Assembly (NCBI GenBank): GCA_012401045.1
Contig: GCA_012401045.1_4704.1
Length of the DNA stretch: 64,000 bases
From: a phage
Strand: one strand, 5' to 3'
Part shown: positions 1 to 7,410 of the stretch, piece by piece
Layout: every line of letters begins with the position of its first letter
Position numbering within the stretch: the stretch's first letter is position 1
The notes under the pieces: generated by a model
Databases searched by the model: none
Told to the model about the DNA's origin: nothing
The model's input: the letters and a program-made list of their open reading frames with translations, nothing else
Position numbers and translations under genes: made by a program

Positions 1-26
1 AATCCGTTCCTTCGCTAACGTTGCTG

Positions 27-434
27 TTAGTTTGGCGCGCCTTCATTTACTTCCTCCTGCCACTTGATAAAATTACCACGCTCGGATCGCAGAACACCAC
101 CCAGATCGTACGATATACCTTTCTCTGTGACAATCCCCCCAATCTGGAGATCAACACGTTCCGTCGTCGGATCGATATACTTGACACGGACTTTCAATTC
201 CACGCGATCGTAATAACGCATTAAATAATCATACAACATCCGGTACGTCGCATCTTCCAATTTGGGTGCGCTATACTGCGACGTTGCAATGAGGTACGGT
301 AGTGAAACGATGGAACCTTGATAGCAATACGACTGGGAATAATTCGATATTGCGAAATTGGTCATTAACCCATCCAGCTTTTTACCCGACGCGGTTAAAA
401 AGCTCGACAGTCCCGGTAACGGATTCGATGCCAT
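27..434 (-). CDS. hypothetical protein (135 aa)
   Basis: Complete ORF packed 13 nt downstream of the next minus-strand ORF. No motif recognised. Confidence 0.55.
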   Translation of the reverse strand: MASNPLPGLSSFLTASGKKLDGLMTNFAISNYSQSYCYQGSIVSLPYLIATSQYSAPKLEDATYRMLYDYLMRYYDRVELKVRVKYIDPTTERVDLQIGGIVTEKGISYDLGGVLRSERGNFIKWQEEVNEGAPN

Positions 435-447
435 GAGGAACTCCTCT

Positions 448-897
448 TTAAGCGTAATTCATTCCAACCAATCTATCGTAGTTAGGCATATGCCCTAACT
501 CCAGTTCGACGGGCATGGATACATTGGTGCGTGGTGCGTAAAATGTTCGCGTATGCATATCGATATACCCACAGTCCAAATAAACAATATCGGACAACTC
601 CGTCGGATGTTTAGGTGCGGGAATCTTTAGTCGATTATAACACTCAAGCTGCCACCAGGCATGAAAAAAGTTATTGTAGGCGTACGATTTACTGTTGGCA
701 ATTTTAAGACCGTAGATCACCCATAACGCCGCCATGAAGTTGGTCGCATTAATTCGCATCGGTTGTTCATTATTGAGCATGTACGTGTAGGTAAACAACG
801 GTGTGTTACCATCACCGAAACGTCCGACCAAGGTATTGTTCGTGTGTTCGACCTCAAAGGAAAAATGCTGGCTGCTATTGCCATCAAAATGGATCAT
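448..897 (-). CDS. hypothetical protein (149 aa)
   Basis: Complete ORF. GAGGAG RBS lies 6 nt upstream of the ATG. Confidence 0.6.
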   Translation of the reverse strand: MIHFDGNSSQHFSFEVEHTNNTLVGRFGDGNTPLFTYTYMLNNEQPMRINATNFMAALWVIYGLKIANSKSYAYNNFFHAWWQLECYNRLKIPAPKHPTELSDIVYLDCGYIDMHTRTFYAPRTNVSMPVELELGHMPNYDRLVGMNYA

Positions 898-978
898 TCC
901 GTTCTCCTCAAGCTTTTCATTTCATAGAGTGGTGGAAATTCGTAGAAAGTTACAAAAATAAAAAAGAATGGGCAGCCC

Positions 979-1000
979 CTCCCCACCCGAAGGTAGGGAG
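979..1000 (-). terminator. intrinsic terminator
   Basis: CTCCCCACC-CGAA-GGTAGGGAG hairpin followed on the minus strand by TTCTTTTTTATTTTT. Confidence 0.7.
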
Positions 1001-1015
1001 AGACCGCAAATATAC

Positions 1016-1480
1016 TTAAACCAAAGCTGCGATAACGTCGTTAACATTACGGCCTCGCAACTCTGCCGCTAAACGAATAACTTCATCCAGGGAACGGTTT
1101 GTACGAATCTTGGCCACTTTCCAATTTTCAGGATACTGTTCGAAGTTAAGCAACCAAGTCATTACCTTTGCTTGTTCCATACCGTTGAGTTTGATTGTCG
1201 TGCGCGGATTGGCTTTGAACCACTTCTTGCTCAGCTGCGCCATACGGCGAACAGGGTAAGCGTAAGCGCGAGTCCAGTCTTTGGACAGATTGTCGAGTAA
1301 TTCACAGTAGCTGCTGTCGTAGTCTTTATTGATACGACGTAATAACCAGTTGGCGGTCATCTGATAAAGTTTATCATCTTCACGTAACCGCATACCTGCT
1401 ACTGCTAAATAAATGATAAGACCTGCGCCCAGGATGAGAGACAGGATAAACAGAATTTGGGTTTCTTGTGCTAAAGTCAT
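1016..1480 (-). CDS. membrane protein, N-terminal transmembrane helix (154 aa)
   Basis: N-terminus ILFILSLILGAGLIIYLAVAGM is a clear hydrophobic helix. GAGGA RBS is present. The gene has its own upstream TATATTAC motif and a downstream terminator. Confidence 0.65.
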   Translation of the reverse strand: MTLAQETQILFILSLILGAGLIIYLAVAGMRLREDDKLYQMTANWLLRRINKDYDSSYCELLDNLSKDWTRAYAYPVRRMAQLSKKWFKANPRTTIKLNGMEQAKVMTWLLNFEQYPENWKVAKIRTNRSLDEVIRLAAELRGRNVNDVIAALV

Positions 1481-1563
1481 TTTACTATCCTCGGATTTCG
1501 TTAGGATTTAATTTCCAATATAAGGGCAATGTGATATGCCTTATACAGTCGATTGATGTTGTA

Positions 1564-1584
1564 CATCACTTAAGTAATATAGCC
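1564..1584 (-). promoter_or_regulatory. early-type promoter motif (TATATTAC family)
   Basis: Minus strand reads GGCTATATTACTTAAGTGATG. It lies 94 nt upstream of the start at 1480, in an intergenic gap. Confidence 0.55.
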
Positions 1585-1599
1585 GTGAAAAATGTTGGA

Positions 1600-2397
1600 T
1601 TAACGTGTTCTCCTATCACGATGCGTATACGACTGAAGACCGATGTCCATATGCGGTAACGTCAGCGTCTGCCAGATCTGTCGTGCGTAACGATCGAGCG
1701 TATGATCATCAGTAACACAATCGACGGGTTCGATGAGGTGAGTCGTATACTGGCTTTTCTCAGAGAAAGGTTCGATGTTAGCTGTATCGCCTAATCCGCT
1801 TTTCACCGTGAAGACAAGACGTGTGACGATCATCGCCTTATGCTGCTGTTCATTATAACGAAGGCTGCGGTATACGGCATAGCTTCCTCCTTTTAGGCTT
1901 CGGGTATAACGAAGGTCGGAGGTCGTCTCGGAAATCTGATACAGCATCCAGTCCAACGTATCACGCCAGTACGCATCATCCACATCAGGAACCGTAATAC
2001 CGTACCGCGTAGGCAGCAATTCTAAAAGCAATTTATAAAGTCCGCGACGTAAGCCATGCTCTTCTGTTTCCGATAAACCGTTTCCAACATAACGTGAAAT
2101 ACGCGTACGTAAATACGTACGGATGAACATATTCGCCATCAGTGTTTTCACTCTGCTACTGGTATCCTCAAAGCGATCAACGCTGAAACTCGTTTCAATC
2201 AGCCGTCCATTAAAATACAATGCAGCAACATACATCGCGTTATTACTATCACGTTCAATGTTTAAACGACCGCAGATATTAGCCGCATCGTTCATGGTAA
2301 ATTCTAATTTATCGTGTTCGATACGATAGATAATATCCTCTTGGGTTGCCAGGCTCGCAATGCGACGGTAGCCCGGAGAAGTACGTTTTACACTCAT
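1600..2397 (-). CDS. hypothetical protein (265 aa)
   Basis: The ORF track starts at 2436, but that ATG lies in the flank of a terminator hairpin. The ATG at 2397 (MSVKRTSPG...) has a GAGGA RBS 5 nt upstream. Confidence 0.6.
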   Translation of the reverse strand: MSVKRTSPGYRRIASLATQEDIIYRIEHDKLEFTMNDAANICGRLNIERDSNNAMYVAALYFNGRLIETSFSVDRFEDTSSRVKTLMANMFIRTYLRTRISRYVGNGLSETEEHGLRRGLYKLLLELLPTRYGITVPDVDDAYWRDTLDWMLYQISETTSDLRYTRSLKGGSYAVYRSLRYNEQQHKAMIVTRLVFTVKSGLGDTANIEPFSEKSQYTTHLIEPVDCVTDDHTLDRYARQIWQTLTLPHMDIGLQSYTHRDRRTR

Positions 2398-2430
2398 AAT
2401 TGTCCTCGTTTTCAATTTTAAGATTGCATG

Positions 2431-2440
2431 CGGCATAAAC
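2431..2440 (-). promoter_or_regulatory. TTTATGCCG motif (middle/late-promoter-like), abutting a terminator hairpin
   Basis: Minus strand reads GGGTTTATGCCGCATGC. It lies 34 nt upstream of the start at 2397. Confidence 0.45.
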
Positions 2441-2465
2441 CCTCCCCGCCTTATGCAGGGAGGGT
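2439..2465 (-). terminator. stem-loop terminator
   Basis: ACCCTCCC / GGGAGGGT 8-bp stem, followed on the minus strand by TTTATG. Confidence 0.55.
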
Positions 2466-2479
2466 AGCCATTAAATGGA

Positions 2480-3118
2480 TTAACCTAATTTACCACCGGC
2501 GATGTTGGTGAAATCTTCGCCATCAGGAACTTGCAGTAGGATACGTGCCATGTCCCAGTTGGTTAATGTAATTGCTTTATCATCGATACTCAGTTCTGGT
2601 AGGTCGAGTTCATGATCATCAAACTCGTAGGAAATACTCCACGTTTCATCTGTTTTAGGATCGGTTATCAACACACCGTCTGTTACACGCATGTAGTCCG
2701 GGTGCAGTTCATTACTGAATGTGCTGAACGGATCGGTGTAACATTCAGCATATCCCTCGATCTGCTGACGCTGTGCCTTCGTACGTAATTCAGGGCACGC
2801 CATGATCAGTTGTCGAGATATACCGTTTGCGGCACGGAAGTCTTCCACGGTGTTACATGGCATAACCACATCGTCATGGAAGATGTTCTCCGATTGTCTC
2901 AACAGCGTCTTACGGAGTTCAGCATAGTTTATCTGATTGAATGCGTCGAACGTTGCTAACGATTCAGCGTAAAAATGCTTTACGTGTTCGCTTGCGCCGC
3001 CGAGGCTATTCATCAACTTGTGACCGTACTCCATGAAGCTTTTATCGAGACCGGAGGACATTTCTCCGAACCTCAGTGCACGATAACTGTCTCGTCCACC
3101 TGTAAATATTTGCGCCAT
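2480..3118 (-). CDS. hypothetical protein (212 aa)
   Basis: Complete ORF with an AAGGAGG RBS. It lies immediately downstream of the beta-prime exon 3 stop. No RNAP motifs seen. Confidence 0.6.
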   Translation of the reverse strand: MAQIFTGGRDSYRALRFGEMSSGLDKSFMEYGHKLMNSLGGASEHVKHFYAESLATFDAFNQINYAELRKTLLRQSENIFHDDVVMPCNTVEDFRAANGISRQLIMACPELRTKAQRQQIEGYAECYTDPFSTFSNELHPDYMRVTDGVLITDPKTDETWSISYEFDDHELDLPELSIDDKAITLTNWDMARILLQVPDGEDFTNIAGGKLG

Positions 3119-3133
3119 TACAGGCGTCCTCCT

Positions 3134-3358
3134 TTAGCAATGGTTGTTAGTTGCTTCTATTTCATCAAGATACGGTTCTACGTCATCGCCCTCCACGAAT
3201 TCGTTGAACCAACAGTCAATGGTAGAAATAACCGGCGACTGGTGTTCACATTTCTTAGATACCTTAAAAGGTACGTTATTATCCATCATACCGAGTTCGG
3301 GTCGAAAACGCCCGAAATGTTTCGCAGTCCAAATGTCTGGGACGATATGGTTGTTCAT
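3134..3358 (-). CDS. non-virion RNA polymerase beta-prime N fragment, exon 3 (74 aa)
   Basis: Begins MNNHIVPD..LGMMDNNVPF. This matches the universal beta-prime segment after the catalytic motif (DGD-x-M-N/A-x-H-x-P ... LMMSTNNILSP in E. coli). It is in frame with exon 2 when joined at 3358. Confidence 0.75.
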   Translation of the reverse strand: MNNHIVPDIWTAKHFGRFRPELGMMDNNVPFKVSKKCEHQSPVISTIDCWFNEFVEGDDVEPYLDEIEATNNHC

Positions 3359-3713
3359 CGTAGTGTTCAGCATGAGTCGCTACCTCATACCCGCAGCTTT
3401 ACCTGCAGCTTCCGGTGTTACCGGAATGTCCAGAATATATCTTATCCATATTCCAAATGGAACGTAGGACTTCCGCGCTGGATCTCGCTTGAGACCACGT
3501 ATTCGTTGAACGTTCTCCTGAACGGAGCTTCGCTGCTGATCGAACATTGTCACGTACGGTAGGCATCCCCGAAGGGATTGTCATTGAAGCCGCGTACATC
3601 CGCTACCTTGTTTCTACCTTATCGGTTCCTCTTACGAGGCGTAGCAGCCTTAGCCCTTCCCAGCAATTCACGGAATCCAAGCTCTTCCTTTCGGAAGGCA
3701 GGGCCTATGATTA
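3359..3713 (-). ncRNA. group I self-splicing intron 2 (ORF-less, 355 nt)
   Basis: Read on the minus strand: P AAUUGCUGGGAAGG (3668..3655), Q GAUCAGCAGC (3541..3532), R GUUCAACGAAUACG (3511..3498), S AAGAUAUAUUC (3443..3433). P7 is GAAUA/UAUUC and P4 is GCUG/CAGC. There is a GAAA-capped P2 and P9-type hairpins (e.g. UUCCGG-UAACA-CCGGAA, 3426..3410). The last nucleotide is G (3359). The boundaries rest mainly on reading frame and motif restoration. Confidence 0.75.
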
Positions 3714-3726
3714 AGCGTCACCGTCG
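3714..3726 (-). CDS. non-virion RNA polymerase beta-prime N fragment, 13-nt micro-exon 2 (completes Phe, encodes Asp-Gly-Asp-Ala)
   Basis: Minus-strand CGACGGUGACGCU. It is the only GAY-GGN-GAY between exon 1 and exon 3. It is complementary to the intron-1 guide sequence CCGUCG (P10). Confidence 0.75.
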
Positions 3727-4103
3727 CTGTTTATCGACTATATCTTCATCCTCGTTGCGAGGAGTCTCCCGTTTTGGTCTGTGTTTAACAGAGCCTACTC
3801 TACTCGACATCGCGTCTTTCGATAGTCTGTGAGCACACATCTTAACAAACATTCGTGGATTCCTAAACAGGTGAATGTTCTTGTTGAGATGCTTCGCTGC
3901 GGATTATTCCCGTCCTACCTCTTTTACCGTACCCAGTTCATTACGCTGGCCCTCATCTATGTCACCACGATGAGTTGGTGTGTAGTCCGATTACAGAAAC
4001 TTCCCGTCAATTAGAGAGCTTTAACTACGTTCCTGTTACCAGAAACCCGACTCCGACGGCATCAATAAATCAACATAAGTTATTGATTTAATTGAAAAAA
4101 CTG
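3727..4103 (-). ncRNA. group I self-splicing intron 1 (ORF-less, 377 nt)
   Basis: Read on the minus strand: P AAUUGACGGGAAG (4012..4000), Q AAUCCGCAGC (3905..3896), R GCUCACAGACUAUCG (3834..3820), S AAGAUAUAGUC (3746..3736). P7 is GACUAU/AUAGUC. The internal guide CCGUCG-GAGUCGG (4059..4047) pairs with the 5' exon end CCGACUU (U.G at the splice site) and with the 3' exon start CGACGG. The intron ends in G (3727). Confidence 0.88.
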
Positions 4104-5359
4104 AAGTCGGCATTATAACCTTTGAGGATCATCACGCTTAACCCGATGGTGTTATCCTGCGGATCGCGTTTAACCTTGGTGATTTCAAGACATTGGTTAC
4201 TGCTTCGGTCAAGTGATGGGTTTCGAACAAAGCCGCACACAATCCCATCGAACGGTGTATCAGCAATAAGCTCATCGTGCAGCTCGCTCATCATCGGATG
4301 ATAATTACGGACATGTTCCGCAACGAACGCACGCGCTGCTCTCGGTGAATAACCACGATGGAATAACTTGGATTGGATATGTTCTTTATTGGTTAAAGTA
4401 AATGGTGCGTATGGGAAATGCAGATGATAATAACGATGGTTCGCTGTTATCGAACTGATTACGGTACGCGTGGTGAATGGATGTAATGTACCTAATATGT
4501 TTTTACGTGTAATACCTTTCTTCTTACCGATGAACTCATCGAAAATCGCCGCGTGGTATTGCAGTAGCTTCAATTGCACTTTCGCCATCCAGTTTTCTTT
4601 CTTTCTGGCGCTCAAAGGTGTTGTTGGATGATAGATACTGTTCAACGTACCGATAGCATCGATCGCACCTTCCATTTTGCTATCCGCATAACGACCGGTT
4701 GGCGTATTCTCGATAACGAACATCATGGCCGCAGGAAAGCTGATATACTGACTGAAGAACTTATCACGATGGATACGGATGAATTCTCGTAGCGTGTCAA
4801 CTTTCTCCGTGTTCTTCGGTCCACGTAACGTCGGTCCTTTATACAAGATCTCCATGATGCGATCGAAGTTCTGTATAAAACTATTTACACCGCGACGTAT
4901 CCCGAATACATCGAATTGCTGCTCCAGATAGTTCTTGAGTTCGATGGGTCGTTTTACATTTGGACGGTAACTGGCATCAATGAGCCACGTCATCGTTTCA
5001 AAGCTTTTGATATTCAACTCGCTTGCCAGCACGAGATGGACCAACGGGTTAATGAACGCATCGATTCCTTCAGGAACACGCGCCCAAACCGTCGAACGAA
5101 TCTCCTGTTCTGCCGGGTAGGTCACAACCGTTTTACAGTTTGGACACACCGTGCCGAGTAGCTCACCACGATTGTAGAAACCACAACCACACTGTGGTGT
5201 GATATCCAGCGTATCGCTGGAGTAAACACGGGTGATAAAACTGTTTAATTTCTTCTTCTCTTCGACGACTTTTGTATCGTAATCATTCAACAAAATCGGC
5301 GTAAAAGGAAGTTCTGCGAGCTGTCTATCGAAACTCACGATATCGAGCATGATGGCCAT
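4104..5359 (-). CDS. non-virion RNA polymerase beta-prime N fragment, exon 1 (phiKZ gp55-like)
   Basis: Zn-ribbon CGCGFYNRGELLGTVCPNCKTVV resembles E. coli beta-prime [23 protein letters not shown]. The uninterrupted ORF ends ...KGYNADF-SFFN*, stopping in the middle of NADFDGD. It sits directly downstream of chimallin, as in phiKZ gp54-gp55. Confidence 0.85.
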
Positions 5360-5401
5360 GGGGTATCTCCTACAAATGAAAAAGAACGTTAGGACGTATA
5401 A

Positions 5402-5425
5402 GGGAGGGAGGTTGCCCTCCCTCCC
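5402..5425 (-). terminator. stem-loop after chimallin (probably partial terminator)
   Basis: Perfect 10-bp GGGAGGGAGG-TTGC-CCTCCCTCCC hairpin 27 nt after the chimallin stop. Confidence 0.65.
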
Positions 5426-5451
5426 GTCAGATTACATCGAACGTTCTTCCA

Positions 5452-7347
5452 TTAGAACAGATTGAATGCCCCACCCATGTTGTTAACGCCAACATTCGGA
5501 CGATCGCTACGTGCGTAGATGTTACCGGAGATGTTACCCAGACCACGAGCACGTGCTGCCATGTTACCACGAACAGCGGTACCTGCCAGATGCTGGATGT
5601 TCTCAGGACGGATGGTGAAGCCAGCATCAGCAGCGGCTTCGATCAGCGCCTGCAGTGCTAACGGATCGAAGTCGTAACGCATTGCCCAGCCGGTTTGTTC
5701 CCAGCTACCAGACAGAACACGATCGATGATTTCGTGACGAGCGACAACACGCTGAGACATCGTCATATCGGTACGGTCGAAGCTGTCTTCCCAAGCTTCT
5801 ACGGTATCCGGGTTAGTGATGTTCATCATGTACAGATCGTCCATATCACGAATATCGTGACGGTGACCATCCTGGTGGTTGTAGTGACCCAGCGGGATAC
5901 GGTTACCGGTAGCGTAGACCAGCGGTTGGCCGTATTGATATTTCTTGCTGAAGCAACCCAGGGTAACATCATCGAACGCACGGAAGAGGGCTTTGTAACC
6001 TTCGGAGATTTCACGGACTTCACCTTCAACTTTGCCCGTATAGATCTTCTCAGCCGCCGGGATCATACGCAGCAGCCAGCTGTACTCACCTTCTTCCGGT
6101 ACGTCGATAGAAATCAGCAGAGACGGATACAGTACCTGTTGCAGGAACTTGTAAATCTGCTCGTTGGTTTGAGTAGACAGATCCAGCGGTGCGGTAACTT
6201 CCGGATCCAGTACCATCGCCAGAGCACCCGGGTTATGCGGACCAATACCACGGGCAGCGTTGCTGATTAAAGACTGTGCCCACGCCATACCGCTGTTCAG
6301 CGTAGCGATGGTGCCAATCAGACCCAACACGAAAGTGTTCGGTGTGAACGCATCCAGCTCCAGCGGGTAAGCGCTGGTCATCACGTAACGCGGCTGGTAT
6401 TGTACAGTCGGCGGTACCGGATAACCGTTAACCAGAACAGGGCCTTGGTTGAAGGTCGGGTTCTGCGGGCTGTAAGTCAGGTCAATGTAACCGGTGGTGG
6501 CGACCAGACGCTGTTGACTATCGTAATCGCTCATCGCTTGACGGATGCGGTTAGAGATAGTTACAGTGATGTCAGAACGCACAGGGTTACCAACAATATC
6601 GCTGTCCTGCATACCGCTGGTGTTGTACTGAACGCTGCTGATTGGCTGATCGCTTGCCATCATGCCCAGGTTGAACTGCGGCAGACCCAGTTTATCACCG
6701 AGACGGATTTCGATCGCGGTTTGGATTGCGTTATCTGCAGCAGACAGCAGGGTGGTTGCCAGATGCGCAGATTCAGCGGTGATTTCATTGGTCACCACAG
6801 CCAGACCAGCGATACGAACAGTACCGTTAGACTTACCGCCAATAGCTGAGTACATTGCCGCCATGACTTCGTTGATGAACGTACCGTTCAGGTTATCAAC
6901 CCAGGTACGCGGTACCAGAATGTTACCATGCGGACCTTGTTCTTCACGACGCGGCAGCGGAGCCAGACCAGCAACCAGCGGAAGCACATAACCAAAGAAG
7001 TGGTTATGGTCACCAACTTTTGCACCACTCATAACGACCAGGGTCGGATACGGTACGCTGTACTGGTTCGGGTCAACCGCAACAAAGATGAAGTCGTTTT
7101 TGAACTGGGTATCTTCCAGATATTTCTCCATCAGACGACGGAGATTCAGTACCTGCTCGGAGCCAGTATTACGGCTAATACGACGGCTCAGTGTACGGTT
7201 GATCGTACGCATCGTATGAGTTACTTTAGGCTGGCCAGCAAAATCTGCAGCGGTTTCCAGCGCCTCATCAGCACGTTGTGCGGTGCGGGTTTCAGCTGCA
7301 CGAATTTCTACATTATCGTTACCGTTATTACGTACGTCTAAGCCCAT
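5452..7347 (-). CDS. chmA: chimallin, phage nucleus shell protein (631 aa)
   Basis: Size about 70 kDa, strongly biased (highly expressed) codon usage, own early-type promoter motif and terminator. It lies immediately upstream of the nvRNAP beta-prime gene, as phiKZ gp54 does. PhuZ and split RNAPs occur in the same window. Not verified by alignment. Confidence 0.72.
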   Translation of the reverse strand: MGLDVRNNGNDNVEIRAAETRTAQRADEALETAADFAGQPKVTHTMRTINRTLSRRISRNTGSEQVLNLRRLMEKYLEDTQFKNDFIFVAVDPNQYSVPYPTLVVMSGAKVGDHNHFFGYVLPLVAGLAPLPRREEQGPHGNILVPRTWVDNLNGTFINEVMAAMYSAIGGKSNGTVRIAGLAVVTNEITAESAHLATTLLSAADNAIQTAIEIRLGDKLGLPQFNLGMMASDQPISSVQYNTSGMQDSDIVGNPVRSDITVTISNRIRQAMSDYDSQQRLVATTGYIDLTYSPQNPTFNQGPVLVNGYPVPPTVQYQPRYVMTSAYPLELDAFTPNTFVLGLIGTIATLNSGMAWAQSLISNAARGIGPHNPGALAMVLDPEVTAPLDLSTQTNEQIYKFLQQVLYPSLLISIDVPEEGEYSWLLRMIPAAEKIYTGKVEGEVREISEGYKALFRAFDDVTLGCFSKKYQYGQPLVYATGNRIPLGHYNHQDGHRHDIRDMDDLYMMNITNPDTVEAWEDSFDRTDMTMSQRVVARHEIIDRVLSGSWEQTGWAMRYDFDPLALQALIEAAADAGFTIRPENIQHLAGTAVRGNMAARARGLGNISGNIYARSDRPNVGVNNMGGAFNLF

Positions 7348-7410
7348 TTGGGATTCCTCTTTTCTTAAACTTTATTAAATGACGTCATTGAATCAGCTTC
7401 TACTCGCTCA

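Noticed and set aside
27-434. A first impression of a gp25/GPW-like baseplate wedge protein.
   Set aside because: I could not align any conserved block to T4 gp25 by eye. It is kept as hypothetical.
3134-3373. The 79-aa ORF as an independent gene starting at the ATG at 3373 (MLNTTMNNH...).
   Set aside because: Its first five codons fall in the 3' tail of intron 2 (hairpin GUAUGAG-GUAGCGA-CUCAUGC). The conserved beta-prime sequence starts at MNNHIVP. Joining the micro-exon at 3358 restores DGDAMNNHIVP with canonical spacing.
3380-3382. In-frame TAG between a beta-prime-like stretch (ILDIPVTPEAAGKAAGM) and MLNTTMNNH, considered as amber read-through or stop-codon reassignment.
   Set aside because: The upstream similarity overlaps the S/P7 and P9 elements of intron 2 and lacks any DGD. 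All other genes in the window terminate normally, some with TAG. The intron model explains the locus without recoding.
3540-3600. GUACGCGG...CCGUACG pairing that briefly looked like a group II intron domain V.
   Set aside because: No AGC triad or 34-nt domain V geometry, no GUGYG 5' end and no reverse-transcriptase ORF. The region fits the P5/P6 periphery of a group I intron instead.
3399-4014. Small ORFs in the gap (3399..3599 minus; 3578..3832 and 3829..4014 plus), considered as a possible intron-encoded homing endonuclease.
   Set aside because: No LAGLIDADG, GIY-YIG, HNH or His-Cys box motifs. The sequences are low-complexity translations of ribozyme helices. They also overlap core elements P, Q, R and S.
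5695-7341. Long plus-strand ORFs (5695..6270, 6400..6849, 6662..6991, 6928..7341) antisense to chimallin.
   Set aside because: They are typical antisense shadows of a strongly codon-biased gene. They have no RBS, and the sense-strand ORF is full length.
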